A stretch of DNA of 64,000 nucleotides from Octopus sinensis (GCF_006345805.1 NC_043004.1:33418001-33482000), one strand, 5' to 3'. Shown: positions 13,488 through 26,998, counted from the stretch's first letter. The notes: generated by a model from the sequence alone, not told the origin. Numbers and translations are program-made.

Positions 13488-13571
13488 TCCTCCCTCTTTC
13501 CTGAGCGTCCAATAATACTTTATTTGTTCCACATCCTTGCGTTGTTGTTTTTTGTTTTCTTGTTTGGATTA

Positions 13572-13576
<5 letters not shown>
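13488..13576 (+). repeat. Fragment of a (TA)n-flanked short element family (3' part of the hammerhead-bearing unit at 37450-37650)
   Basis: TTCCTGAGCG.C.AATAATAC...TTGTTCCA...TTGGATTAAC shared with 37266-37355 and 37556-37650. Confidence 0.7.
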
Positions 13577-13620
<44 letters not shown>

Positions 13621-13746
13621 CTTATAAAATAAGGGCAAAAGAAAAATTCTAATGCCAAATATGCCGAAAAAAGACAAAATTGTCAATAACCATTATAATT
13701 TATGCGTCTCGAAACAAGTCGATAGAAATTTTTAAAAAATTCGTTA

Positions 13747-13807
13747 TTACCCTTTTGGTCCCAATTTCGGGGTTAATTCATAAGAATTTTCCCCTCTTCA
13801 GCGATAA
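13747..13807 (-). ncRNA. Degenerate type I hammerhead ribozyme-like motif
   Basis: Minus strand: TTATCG-CTGAAGA-GGGG aa AATTC ttat GAATT aa CCCC-GAAA-TTGG ga CCAA; cleavage triplet and stem I are decayed. Confidence 0.6.
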
Positions 13808-13967
13808 ATACGTAAGACATATATGAAATACTTTCTCATACCCATGGAAAAAACAAGCACTAAGTCCTGAGCATACCTAAGTACCCCAAATATATCCAAA
13901 ATAGAAAATCTTCGGCACATCTCGAGACACGTGTGATTCGAACTAGAAACTTTATATATATATATAT

Positions 13968-14127
13968 CTGTCCGGCATTCGCCATGATAGATCGCTAGCA
14001 ACTACACATTCTTTATTTTCTCTCTTTGTGCTCGAAACGCTAAAGACTTTTTCACATCCCGAGCGTTAAACTAATACATCTGTTTGTTGCCTCTTCGTCT
14101 TTTGTTTTCTTTTTGCAAATTCTCCCC

Positions 14128-14128
<1 letters not shown>
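13968..14128 (+). repeat. (TA)n-flanked short element retaining the 3' half of a hammerhead (GCTCGAAACG); related to 16455-16635
   Basis: CCCGAGCGTTAAACTAATACATCTG.TTGTTGC..CTCTTCGTCTTTTGTTTTCT shared with the reverse complement of 16465-16530. Confidence 0.65.
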
Positions 14129-14178
<50 letters not shown>

Positions 14179-14339
14179 GAGAAATTCTGTCTGCTTGTTT
14201 GCTTGTCCAGCAAAATAAAAGTAAAGGATCCAGGGGAAGCTATTATGCATTTTCTGTAGATATGAAATCGAAATTCTGTCTCTTTCTTTCTCCGGCAAAA
14301 TGAAAGTATCTGGTACACGGGAAGCTACTATGCTGTTGT

Positions 14340-14691
14340 TTAATTTATCTCAACAAAAATTATGCCAATGGTACAGCAATAATTGTGCACAGTCTTATGA
14401 GGAACTGCACTGAGGCAAATATTCTCAAGGTGAGACCGTCTTCATTCCGCGCATACTAGTTATACCATCTAATGTCCCATCCCACTTTCTTTTGCCATGG
14501 ACATTAATAAGACTCAGGGCCAAACACTAAAAGTTGCTGGATGGCAACTTGAAGAACCATGCTTTTCATATGGCCAACTTTATATAGGAGCATCAAAATC
14601 AAATCTTTTTGCTTATGCACCCCGAAATAAAACAAAAAACAGTGTTTATAAAGAAATATTCACCCTTCGTTCAACATGTCTACGACATTGA
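14340..14691 (+). pseudogene. Helitron PIF1-type helicase C-terminal fossil
   Basis: Frameshifted translation ..ETVFIPRILVIPSNVP..FAMDINKTQGQTLKVAGWQLEEPCFSYGQLYIGAS matches PIF1 motifs V/VI (FAMTINKSQGQT..FSHGQLYVA.SRV). Confidence 0.9.
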
Positions 14692-15030
14692 TCTTTTTTC
14701 TACTTCAATTATTACGTTTCCCCTTATAAAATACACACACACAAGAGGAGTAAATCTAAATCTGTAGGGGTGCTCTCACCCTGGTTCAGATTCGAAACAT
14801 AATCTTTCAGTTCTCCTTGTCCATACAGCCAATTCAAATGCCAAAAGAAACCATGACAAATGGGTATTCTAAAAAACATGTGGCCTTTTCCGTGTCAACA
14901 CACAGTTACCTACATTCCACAAAACTATTCTTCTATATGATATAATTATTTTTCTACCCTCGTTCACACTGAAACTGAATCTTTCAACCCTCTTCAATTA
15001 TTACATGTAGCTCAATTATTACATGTTTTT

Positions 15031-15112
15031 CAGAACCATGTTTTATACATGGCCAACTTTATGTAGGAGTGTCACGTGTGGGACCAAAACCAAATCTTTT
15101 TGCTTGTGCACT
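15031..15112 (+). pseudogene. Second PIF1 motif VI fragment (Helitron-derived)
   Basis: EPCFIHGQLYVGVSRVG..NLFACA. Confidence 0.8.
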
Positions 15113-15249
15113 CTGTACACAATCCATGATGAATATTATATATTGTTTACATTTTAATAACTGTCTTTGTACTCACCAAATAAGATACCTGTATGAGTTA
15201 TAAGTATGTTTGAGCGTTGTTTGTTTGATTTACATTGTATTCTCTGTGT

Positions 15250-15400
15250 ACTGTGTGGTAAGTAGCTTGCTTACCAGCCACATGGTTCCGAGTTCAGTCC
15301 CACTACGTGGCATCTTGGGCAAGTGTCTTCTACTATAGTCTCGGGCCGACCAAAGCCTTGTGAGTGGATTTGGTAGACGGAAACTGAAAGAAGCCCGTCG

Positions 15401-15436
<36 letters not shown>

Positions 15437-15645
15437 TGTGTGTGTATGTTTGTGTGTCTGTGTTTGTCTTCCCAACCGATGTTGGTGTGTTTGCGTTCCC
15501 GTAACTTAGCGGTTCGGCAAAAGAGACCGATAAAATAAGTACTAAGCTTACAAAGAATAAGTCCTGGCGTCGATTTGCTCGACTAAAAGCGGTGCTCTAG
15601 CATGGCCGCAGTCAAATGACTGAAACAAGTAAAAGAGTAAAGAGT
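15250..15645 (+). mobile_element. CORE-like SINE with internal (TA)n(TG)n
   Basis: Head, core and tail as in other copies. Confidence 0.9.
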
Positions 15646-16395
15646 AGTAGAAATGTTTTATATTTCCTGTAATTTTGACTACTCTGTGTGTGGGTGTGTG
15701 TGTATTTGTGTGTATGTGTATGTTGTGTGTTTGTGTGTGTGTGTGTGCGTGTGTATGTAAATATATGTTACTGTTGTTGTATATTCGTATTATTTTTGTA
15801 TTGGTTGTTGTCTTTGGTGCCGCAACAAAGGAGATGGTGGATTTGATAAGCGATATTATTACACTAAATTATGGCAAATGACAAGCTGATTTGATTGAAA
15901 TAACCGTACGCTGCAGGCGTTGATATGGTAGACGTACGCAGTAAGTTGGGAAGACAAAGACGAAGCTGAGGTAACAGGGCAGTGTGTTAGATGAAGTGAT
16001 TTTAGTCTCACTCCTTGTGAGACTGTAAACACCCTACAAATATCAGTAAAATCAGCAGACTTGTCACCAATTTTTATAATACAAAACATTGTAACTCCCT
16101 AAAGAACGTTCGCCATTGCTACCTTCTTATTCTCTCTTTCAACGTTCTCTCTCTTTTAGTTTTCTTGGCTCTACTGCTTTCTTTTCTTTTTTTTCTTGTT
16201 TCTCGATCTCTCAATTTTTTCTTTTTTTTCTATTTTATATCCTTCATTTTATTTTTTTTCAGTCTTTGTGATTTAACGCCCTTCTTCCACTCTTTTTTTT
16301 GTTTCTTTCACTTTTTTCTTCCTTAACTTTCACTCCAACTCATTGCGCCTTTCATATCATGCTTACCATTTTCTTTACTTACTCACACACATTCA

Positions 16396-16426
<31 letters not shown>

Positions 16427-16454
16427 GCATGCATATGTATGTATGTATGTAGTT

Positions 16455-16635
16455 CAAATTTACAGAAAACAAAAGACGAAGAGAGGTGAGGGAGCAACAA
16501 GCAGATGTATTAGTTTAATGCTCGGGAAGGATGGAATCGTCTTTGATGTTTCGAGCCTATGCTCTTCGATAGAAAGGACTGTGAGGAAAAAAATGGAGTG
16601 AGAAAGAAACAAACCGAGAGAAAATCTATGTAGAA
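16455..16635 (-). mobile_element. Microsatellite-flanked short element with a decayed minimal hammerhead at 16541-16576
   Basis: Minus strand: CTTT-CTATCGA-A-GAGC atag GCTC-GAAA-CAT-C-AAAG; stems I and II intact, core mutated. Confidence 0.6.
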
Positions 16636-16668
16636 TTATATATATATATATGCATACAGGCAAATATA

Positions 16669-16751
<83 letters not shown>

Positions 16752-16753
<2 letters not shown>

Positions 16754-16975
16754 TTACTCTTTTACTCTTTTACTTGTTTCAGTCATTTGACTGCGGCCAT
16801 GCTGGAGCACCGCCTTTAGTCGAGCAAATCGACCCGGGACTTATTCTTTCTAAGCCAGTACTTATTCTATCGGTCTCTTTTGCCAAACCGCTAAGTGACG
16901 GGGACGTAAACACACCAGCATCGGTTGTCAAGCAATGCTAGGGGGACAAACACAGACACACAAACACACACGTAC

Positions 16976-17009
<34 letters not shown>

Positions 17010-17160
17010 GACAGGCTTCTTTCAGTTTCCGTCACAAGGCATTGGTCGGCCCGGAACTATAGCAGAAGACACTTGCCCAAGATGCCACGCAGTGGGACTG
17101 AACCCGGAACCATGTGGTTGGTTAGCAAGCTACTTACCACACAGCCACTCCTGCGCCTAT
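16752..17160 (-). mobile_element. CORE-like SINE, young, full length with a small internal deletion
   Basis: TAGGCGCAGGAGTGGCTGTGTGGTAAGTAGCTTGC head to (GAGTAAAA)n tail. Confidence 0.9.
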
Positions 17161-17279
17161 ATATATATATATAATTACACATAATAACTTATAAATATCT
17201 AATTATTAAAATAAAAAAGTTATCAGAAAAGCAATTTCTATTTATATTTTCAAATATAGAATTACAAACGCACACACAC

Positions 17280-17322
<43 letters not shown>

Positions 17323-17731
17323 AAGAGAGAGAGAATTGATGGTCATTAAAAACTCAATTAATAACCAGTTGTTAAACTCCAGACCGTTATAACATTGCAG
17401 TAAATCGAAGTGGAACAAACTTGCATGTATATACAAGATCAGCTAAAACAATCGTTAGAAGCAACGTATTTAGAATGAAAGCAGAAAATCATAAATTTCA
17501 CATATAGTTCTTAATGACCATTTTCTTCCAACGATTTTGGAAAAAGTCACTTTTCAATTAAATTAAATTCACAGACATAATGGCGTGATTATATTAATAT
17601 TATTCTTATACCTGGGGATAGTAACTTTTTTTTGTTTCCTGGAATATAAACGGCTTTGGAGAACAAGTTTGAATCAAAAGTATAAATGTACTTTTTGTCA
17701 TATGTATGGATATGTAAGAAGTGATAGATTA

Positions 17732-17884
17732 GTTTCATGCAAAGGAAGCCCTCAAAACTTATCAAGCCTATCAAACGGAACATCGGCGTTCGTCTCCATT
17801 TTGAATTAAAATAAACTAACAGACTAACACCGATATCTCATGTGATAGGCTTGGGGTTTTTTGAGGGTTTCCTTTACATGAAAC
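17732..17884. repeat. Imperfect inverted repeat (~65 bp arms), MITE-like
   Basis: GTTTCATGCAAAGGAAGCCCTCAAAA..CAAGCCTATCA mirrored by TGATAGGCTTG..TTTTGAGGGTTTCCTTTACATGAAAC. Confidence 0.75.
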
Positions 17885-18823
17885 CAATGGTAACCTAAAT
17901 ATACAAATAAAGAATCTTTCCACTAATGCGGTGTTGAGCACTCACTCTCATTGTTCAATAATTACACACACACAATAACATATAATGAAAATCATATTAA
18001 AAAATGATGATCTCAATATTGTAAATGATAAAAATCAATACATGGTGATTAGTACACATTCCAATGTAAAGGAAAATAGAAAAAAATGACAAAATGAGAT
18101 ATAAAGCTGTGACTATAATCAGAATACAATACATTTCAAGAGATACAATAAAAATCAAAATTAAAATTAAATGTAAAATGAAGGTTAATTCTAAAAATAT
18201 TTCAAAATATTTAAAAATCATGAAGACATTTTGTAAAACATGAGCTTAAAATAGATAAAGGATGTGATACACAACCAAGACAACAAATTCCACTGTCACA
18301 TAAAGTAAATGTTAAAATTATAAAAGAAATAAAGATGATAAATAGATAGGAAGGAATATTTGACGGTACCGCGGTCAATTTGGTTAGTAGGCGTAACTGA
18401 AATGCTAAATATTGCACAAGGAATATATAGGCAGCACAACAAAGCCATACACCAAATAAAATATTGGAAGCTCATAAGTATTTGTGAATATAAAATATAG
18501 GTAGATAGAACACCTATAAGAACATACACTTAATCTATAGTTGGTGAAAAAAGATAAATATCAACTCTGCGTAAAATTGTAACAAAATAACCGCTTTAAT
18601 CGATGTCTACAATTGGTAAGTATCTCAATTCTTTATTGTCTATTTTATGTCATTTGTTTTTATGTGTTGTTTTGACACGGCACTGCCTATTCCAAACTTT
18701 GTTGTGATTGATTTGATCTGTTATCTATTGCCTATGTTATTTTTTGTTTTCCGTTGATGCATGATTATTTTGCTTTCTATAAGGAGGATATTACAATGGT
18801 TTTTTTTTTTTTATATTTCGATA

Positions 18824-18895
18824 TATTCGATCTGATGAAATGAGCTGTAATCAATTTGATTGATTATTGAATATTGAAACGTATGTAATGAAGTA
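18824..18895 (+). ncRNA. Type I hammerhead-like motif with long stem II
   Basis: TTCGAT-CTGATGA-aat..TAATCAAT ttg ATTGATTA..att-GAAA-C gtat G-TA-ATGAA; core intact, stem I imperfect. Confidence 0.5.
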
Positions 18896-19049
18896 TCAGA
18901 AATATCAATGACTTGTTTTTAGTTTTTTGATCACTTTTTTTAACATTTCAACTTTCTCCCCCTCTCTCTCTATATATATATAGTTGTTTAACTATCCCTC
19001 TATTTATCACTTAACTATCTATTTATGTATTTTGTGTCTGTGTGAGTGT

Positions 19050-21380
19050 GTGTAAATTCATGTCTGCCTGTTTCAAATGAGAGAATATAAGTGCCACAAG
19101 TTGCCAATTACAGTATTGTACAAAGACGTCTTGGAACATCCTCCTGGTCCATCAATGAAGCATTATCTATGACCAGCCATGTCATTGTTGACCGCAAGAA
19201 CAACACTCAAGTACAAATCAATATAAAATCCAAAATCCTGACAGTCCAATCTCATCTGCTTCGGACAATTCTCATTGCAGAGAGAAATCATCGAAGACAA
19301 TTCCAAGGTTAGGCAATCTCAATACGAAATATTTTGTACTAAGAATTCATAGAATATCTTAATGTCTTTCAAGCATTTATTTATTACAATTTCCAAATAA
19401 TGTAGTCAAATGATTTTACTGAAGAGTATCATTCTATGTTCATGTGGTATTTAATGGTTGGCTATTCATTTCTTCAAGCTACTGACAAAGTTGCATTGAG
19501 TCGTGTGGAATATTTGTAGAGCATGTCAAGATAATTAAATGTCGTATTTGAGAATGAATTCCGTTTGAGAAAGTTTCGACCATACATTAAGCGCATACAT
19601 CACCACGGCTTATCAAATTTCATTGTCCCGTGGCTTTTTTTTAGACCTGCGGCAGTTTAAAGTTGTGCAGATAACGCAGATGCTCGAATCCCGCTGCTCC
19701 TTCCACATTCACCAATGACATTCTTAGAGGGAAGCATTCAGATTCTTTAGGACTGATTGTGTATATATTCTTGGAGTAGTTTTAGTGGAGAGCGAATTTT
19801 TATTTTCCAAAGTATAGCTTTTTTGAAAACATCATTATGCAAAATGGTAGAACAGGGTATACCTATTTCCCGCATATCATGTTGATTCATGTGAAACAAT
19901 TCTGTTAGGCGTGTACATTTTTAATTAGCGGAATCTCATACTTGTCTTTAATTTCCTTTAGTGAATTACACACACAGTTCTCTTTCCAAATTACAATCTG
20001 TGTAAATTTCCAGAGAGTCGCCAAGTTCCTTCAGAAGGTCTAATGTAACTTGATGTATAAGGATAGCGAGATTCCATTGTGAACAATTAGAATCGTTTGT
20101 AATTTCATCACTTTCAATATTTACACACTCGTGGCCCTCATGTATTTCTTTAAGCAGGTATTTAATTGGTTTCACTGCAGAAAATAGTAATACTTCTGTA
20201 TGGATACGAACGTTTAACATAGGACTGTATCAGGCGTCCAATGTATTATTATCAGTTTACGGTGATATTTAGTCGTTTTCTGTACAGTGAATATCTGTCA
20301 ATATTTACTTGAGTATGTCACTTGAATGTATTAGAGAAATGTTCATTACATTTATTATGCGTGTTGTATTAAGATTTAGGTAACCGCAGGAAGTGTGAAT
20401 CATGCATTTCTTAATGCTTTCGTGACGTGTCAATGTACTCAATGGATCGGGTATTTCTCCTCATACTGCTTCAACTATTTTGTCGAGCTCATTAAATTTA
20501 TCTCCTTCGTTTAAGATAACCAGAATATAAACATGAGGTAATCCTCGTTTCAGGAATTAGAGAGAATAGCAGTATGCCTTAACATTTCTCCACAAATACT
20601 ATTACACTGGATATCGTTTAATAATTCTTGGAATTTTATTTTAAATACAGTTACCGCAGTGCCTGAAAGGTTAGATCTGTCTGAAGGGAATTGTCATTCA
20701 TCTCGGCAAAATCTGTATGTCAAAAAGTGACAAATAAATCTGGCTTTCCAAGTATTCCCACCATAACTCTCAGATCATGGTATCGTTCTCTTAGATTCCT
20801 TGGGGATCCTTAAAATATTAATCGCAAAAAAAAAAAAGAAATTAAAATTCTTTAAGTCTTACAAGAGTTTCTGCATCACTGGCAATGGAAATCTTTGGTA
20901 AATCTTTGATATTTTTCAATTTTGAGATCCCCTTGTTAATATTTCAGATAATCCAGCTGATTCGCTCAAATTAAAAATGGAAGTCGGTAATGGAGTGTTA
21001 AAATAATTTTCCGCTGTACACAAGTGCGTTATATTTTCTTTTAATGTATTTTCGGCAACTCAATTTCATGTTGAAATATAGGAATATTATTGCACCTGAT
21101 GTTATCAATTAACTCATGATTAAACGTCAGTCTTCGTTGCCATCCAGTCTCTCCATTGAAATAAAATATGCGTAAGTCATATGTTAAGACACGTAATATG
21201 TTCAAATTATTGAAAGAAGTTTCTTGATTTCTAGGGTCATGTTCCAAAAGGGGTCCACCATCAATAATCTTAAAACGTCATTGCTATTTCATCAAGGGAA
21301 GTTATAATATCTACATTCACAGTTTTGTCCTTTCTTGAAAGCCATATTGACTACGGGTGGAAGAATATTACGGTCTTATG
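19050..21380 (-). pseudogene. Decayed autonomous Helitron Rep-Hel coding region
   Basis: Ordered motifs on minus strand: YFNGETGW (~21150), GSPRNLRERYHD (~20800), GKPDLFVTF (HUH motif 1, ~20740), *FLKRGLPHVYIL (HUH motif 2, ~20540), IHTEV..VKPIKYLLKEIHEGHE (motif 3, ORF 19966-20220), LVIDNASLM (Walker-B-like, ~19170); many stops and frameshifts. Confidence 0.9.
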
Positions 21381-22002
21381 TTACCTGTTGAAATCCTCAC
21401 CTCCCAGTTTCTAACATTTCACACATAACTACATAAACATGGTTTGCTTCAATGATCTGAACTAATCCCAATTTGAGGGGTGCACCATCCATTATATATA
21501 GAAGACAAAGACGAATTGTAATGGGTAACGCCTGGGACAAATTTTGAAAGGATATAGAATAAATAGAAGAGAAAAATAATAGTTTTCTATTTATTCTAAA
21601 TCCTTTCAAAGTTTCTCCCAGGTGTTATCCATTACAATTCGTCTTGGCCTAACGGCCCTTTGTGTCTGTCTTCGTTGATTGTTTACTCTGTACATCCACT
21701 CTGGTGTCGTTTGTTCGTTTGAAGCCCAACCTCACTATAAATTTTACCTTTTAAAAATTTCTGGATGCTGCTGTTTTATGGAAATTTCCTGTCTTGTTGT
21801 TGAAAGCTCGAAACAGGTAAGTAATAAACAGTCGACAACTGAGAAGGAGTTAGATTTCTTTTGGTATTTTGTCCTGTACTTATCTCTGCATGTTTACGTA
21901 TTTTTTATTCGTTGGTGATATCTTGTACTTAATGTGTATTTTAAATTATACATACATACATACATACATACATACATACACACACACACATACATATATG
22001 TA

Positions 22003-22050
<48 letters not shown>

Positions 22051-22540
22051 AACACACAAGACAGCTATTATGCTCTCCCCCACAAAAAACCACCACGTAG
22101 ATTCTACTGAGACTAGTAAGAAACAATTATGAACTTTTTTATTACACTTAACTTTTAAAAATATTTTTGATAAGGTTCGTTTTTTCAAGAAGAACCGAAA
22201 CATGTAAAATTTCTAAGAAAATTAAAATTCATCTTATATAGTAGCGTTTTCAAACTTCTTTTTTATAAAGAAATAAATATATATATGTTCACTTGTCTAC
22301 ATATAAGCAAGTGTGCCAGGTAGTTGAGGACAAAATAAGAAAAAAAATGAGGATATTCAATAAAGAAGGCAAACTAGTTCCAGGGAAATGAAATACATGT
22401 TCAAGTGACAGATTATTCAGGTTTTTACGGAACTGCCAGCTGGTCCGCTCTCTCTCCTTCCCTCTGTCTGTCTGTCTCTCTGCATGCCTGCCTGCCTACC
22501 TGTTTGTCTGTTTGTCGGTCAGTCGGTCGATCGGTCTCAT

Positions 22541-22680
22541 GATGATATCCAGACACTGTAATCTGGGTGATCCAAATCAGGAGAGCTAGACGTTCACATT
22601 TGGCATCATGTGATCGTGAAACACATGGAACAACTACTCCTGGGACGCGATGACCATGTGAGAGAAGATAGAATCTTTTG
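22541..22680 (-). pseudogene. Tc1/mariner transposase fragment
   Basis: DS..SH...QE*L..FHDHM.PN then *TSSSPDLDHPDYSVW, resembling WPxxSPDLNPLDYxVW. Confidence 0.6.
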
Positions 22681-22839
22681 CGAATACTTATGGCCTTCCT
22701 TTAGTGTTCTTCTTTGATCTATTGTTATTAGTTTAACCCTTTAAAGTCCAGATATATTTGGAGAGTGAAGTAGTAAGGTGTCTTTTTGGTTTCTAAATGC
22801 AAACATATTCTATACAAACTCTACGTTTTTACCTTTTAC

Positions 22840-23235
22840 CCATTACTTGTTTCAGTCATTAGACCGCGGCCATGCTGGGGCACAACTTTGAAGAATTTTT
22901 AGTTGAAAGAATCGACCCTAGTACTTAATTGTTTTGTGTTTTGAAGCCTGATACTTAGTCTATCAGTCCTTTTGCTGAATGGTTAAGTTAGGAGGACATA
23001 AACAAACCAACACCGGCTGTCTAGCTATAGTGGGCGACAAACACACACACACAAATATACATACACACACACATATATGAGGGGCTTCTTTCAGTTTCCA
23101 CCTACCAAATCCGCTCGCAAGGCTTTGCTCGACTTGAGGATATAGTTGAAGACATTTGCTCAAGGTGCCACGAAATGGGACTGAACACTGAACCTTGTGA
23201 TCGGGAAGCAAACTTCTTACCGTACAGCCATACCT
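22840..23235 (-). mobile_element. CORE-like SINE, diverged
   Basis: Head, core and tail recognisable. Confidence 0.8.
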
Positions 23236-23805
23236 TCTACATGGATTTTTATTTCACTGTTATTTGCTAGAAAAACATTAACTCAATGACCTAACGCCAT
23301 TTAAAGGATGCAATCACTTAGACAAGAAAAGTGCCTGTTGCATGTTCATACTGGAAAGCTTTCAGTTTGCATCGCATATGGAAGCAGCAAGTTTTTTGTA
23401 CAGCTAAAGCTCACTTCCACATTATTTCTACTAAAAATTTTATGATAATTGCATTCAGGTGGGAAATGCTTATTTATAACATTTAGAAAAATCATAGCAG
23501 CCTTGGAATGAACATATTAAATATATGGAGAGCCATACCATATAATGTTCAGTTTTTTTTTATTATTATTATTGCGTTTTTGAATATTAGTGTTGTTCAG
23601 TAAATAAATATATATATATTTTTTATACATCATTGTAATATTGAACAACACATTACGAAGATTCAGTGTCAACAGTTAAGATGGCAAGAATTTAGTTACT
23701 AGTATTATTAACACGGTTTCTATGGATCTGAAATCTAGTTGAAGATGTTGGAATTTATATTAATATTCTACAATTCCTTGTTTGGTCCCTTCTGGTTGTT
23801 GCTGC

Positions 23806-23837
<32 letters not shown>

Positions 23838-24018
23838 TCTTCTTCTTCTTCTTTTCTTCTTCTTCTTCTTCTTCTTCTTCTTCTCTCTTCCTTTTCCTCT
23901 ATCTCCATCTTCTTTCCTTGTGTGTGCATTTCCTATCAATGTTTGTCCTTAACATCATCCTACCTTTCATTTTATCACCTATCACACACTCCACACACAG
24001 ACACACACATGCACACAA

Positions 24019-24049
<31 letters not shown>

Positions 24050-24403
24050 CACATACACACACACATGCACACACACACGTTTCCATATCTGTATACATCC
24101 ATACTTACCTCTCACTATATTCCTCTGACGTCCTTCATTCCTTTCCTTGTTTTTTGGTCCATCCATCTCTCTTTCACCCTCTCCCTGTCTCCACCTTTCT
24201 CTCCCTCTCTCTCCCCCTCTTTCTGTCCCTCTCTCTTCCTCTCCCTCTCTTCGATTGTTATCAATATTTTTCCTGAACATCTCCCCCATTATTTAATACC
24301 CTTCATCTAAAGTATACCTGGAAGGGAAACTAGATAAATACCTCATTTGAGAAACTGTAGATTTTAGAGATATTTTCCAATATTTTGTTTCTTAATTTTA
24401 GTA

Positions 24404-24466
24404 TTGTTGTTGTTTTTGTTGTTGTTGTTTTTGCTGTTGTTGTTCTTCTTCTTCTTCTTCTTCTTC

Positions 24467-24510
<44 letters not shown>

Positions 24511-24545
24511 GTTATTGCTGTTACTATTGATGTTATTGTTGTTTT
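24404..24545. repeat. Compound (GTT)(CTT)(ATT)n microsatellite
   Basis: Direct reading. Confidence 0.95.
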
Positions 24546-24900
24546 CCTTTCCATCAGTTTGTTTGTTTTCCATTTATTTAGTTTATCCTTTCACTGGGAA
24601 GATGTTAATTCATTTCTAATTTTAAAAGAAAATACAGAGATGAGCATGAACAGAGAGAGAGGGAGGGCGGCGGGGGGAGAAAGTGAGATACAGAGAAACA
24701 GAGAGGGAGAGAGGGAGAATGCACACTGAAATAAAGTGATGTTGGTTAGTGAGGAAGGAGATGAGTGAAGGGGTTCACAGAAGACGAGGGGAGAAAATAT
24801 ATAGAAGGAGAAATAAAGGGCAAATGAAGAAGAAAAGGAGGGATTAAGAAATAGGGAGGGATAAAGTTAGGGATATAGGTGGGTGTGCATGTGTGCATAT

Positions 24901-24943
<43 letters not shown>

Positions 24944-25076
24944 AATGAGTATATATAAATACATATATATACATATGACTATATATGTATATGTATGTAT
25001 ATATATATATATATAAATGAGTATATATATATATATATATATACATATGAGTATATATATATGTACATACACACAC

Positions 25077-25123
<47 letters not shown>

Positions 25124-25180
25124 TAGATAGATAGATTGATAAATATATGTATATTTGCATACATATATACACACACTCAC

Positions 25181-25221
<41 letters not shown>

Positions 25222-25773
25222 CACATAAGTATGTATGTATGTGTGGTGATTTGGAGAAAGCTCAGCAAACTGTTCCTGTCTACTGAGGTGATGTGTTTTA
25301 CGAAGCATGAAAATGCCAATGTGAATTCGTTCTGGTCAGTTTGTTGCCATATTGATGACACATTTTGCTCCGATCATTATCAGTTATCAGTGATCAGTCA
25401 GAATCAGCATGAATGAATGAATGAACAAATGAATGAGCGAATGAATAAATGTATGAATGAATGATAATATCTGGAGATTCTGTTGCAGATACTGGAAATG
25501 TCTCCATTGAATGGCCAAAAATTGTTATGACAAGTTGGGAAAGATCATTAAATCAAAACTATTTACTCGACATTTTCTATAATTCAGCGAAGTCAAGTGA
25601 AATGAATAACCATATTTATTTCAATTATTTATTACTTTTCTCTTTCACCAAGATTGAAGTGGACAGATTAAAGACACAGAATGCTGCAACCAATTCCTTA
25701 GATTTGGTTACACAGTTGAAAAAAACAAACAAACATAAGTTAGCTACAATGTAATTTGAAAACAGCTTTCATT

Positions 25774-26075
25774 TTCTGTTGTGTCTGGGGAAAGTCATTT
25801 TCTTTTTGTGCCTTATAATGTAAGACACTCACCACTAAAATTTCCACTTATTTCTAATTTTTATTCTCCTAAAATTTTCGTTGCGTCTTGCAACCTTTTC
25901 AATAATTTTAGTGGAAATTTTACCGGTGAGTGTGTTATATTATAAGTCACAAAAGGGTGAGTGTGTTATATAATAAGGCACAAAAAGAAAATGACTCTCC
26001 CCAGACACAACAGAATATGCTTCAACACACGAACTTATGTAAAGAATCTTGCAAATCAAATCCAAAACGAAATAT
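25774..26075. mobile_element. Asymmetric foldback element (inverted arms 25774-~25850 and ~25910-26015); single-arm relative at 39604-39760
   Basis: TTCTGTTGTGTCTGGGGAAAGTCATTTTCTTTTTGTGCCTTAT mirrored by ATAAGGCACAAAAAGAAAATGACTCTCCCCAGACACAACAGAA; internal ~31 bp tandem duplication. Confidence 0.8.
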
Positions 26076-26137
26076 CTTTCATTTAATTGGATAAAAAATC
26101 CTTTATTTAATTACTATGTTTGTGATGCATAATAGTA

Positions 26138-26998
26138 ATTTCAAATTTTGTCACAAGGCCAGTAATTTTGGGGGGAGGGGGACTAGTCAATTACATTGAC
26201 CCCAGTTTTTGACTGGTATTTGTTTTATTGATTCCAAAAGGATGAAAGGCAATGTCAAACTTGGCAGAATTAGATCTCAGAACTAAAAGATGGATGAAAT
26301 GCTGTGAAGCAATTTTCCCAGCAAGCTAACAATTCTGCCAGATTACCATCTTTGGTAAAAAATAAAATTGGCTTCAAATTTTGGTGCAAAGCCTGCAATT
26401 TGGGGCAAGTCAGTTTCATCCACCTCGGTGCTGAAACAGGTATTTATTGTATCAACCCCCAAAAGGTCGAAAGGTAGAGTCAACCTTGGCAGAATTTGGA
26501 ATCAGAATGTAAAGAAGGACGAAATGCCGCTAAGCTTTCTGTTTGGTCTGCTAAGGATTCTGTCAGCTGAACTCCCTTTGGTGCAAATAATATTGATTTC
26601 AAATTTCGACACAAGGCCTGCTCAACTGGTACTTATTTTATCAGCCCTCAAAGGATGAAAGGCAAAATATACCTTGGTAGAATTTCTATCTAAGAATCTA
26701 AAGATGGACAAAATGCCAACTGGCATTTTACTCAGCATGCTAATGATTCTGCCAGCTCGCTGCCTTTGGTAATGAATAATATTCTGTTCTACTCTTGGCA
26801 CAAGGCCCGAAATTTTTGGGGAGGGAGCCAGTCGATTAGATCAACCCTAGTGTGCAACTGGTACTTAATTTATTGACCCTTCAAGGGATGAAAGGCGAAG
26901 TCGACCTCGGTGAAATTTGAAATCAGAATGTAAAGACAGATGAAATACCACTAAGTATTTCACTCGGCATGCTAATGTTTCTGCCAGCATGCCACCTT
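26138..26998 (-). mobile_element. Head-to-tail array of four Meta-like SINEs (~26138-26352, 26370-26578, 26596-26766, 26784-26998)
   Basis: Four cores of different divergence, each followed by a related TGGTAATGAATAATATT-like spacer. Confidence 0.85.

Noticed and set aside
14497-14691. Host PIF1 gene exon
   Set aside because: Frameshifted, intronless fragments with Helitron-type motif wording
17683-17730. Zinc-knuckle-like KCTFCHMYGYVRSDR
   Set aside because: His and last Cys ligands missing; no supporting flanking domain
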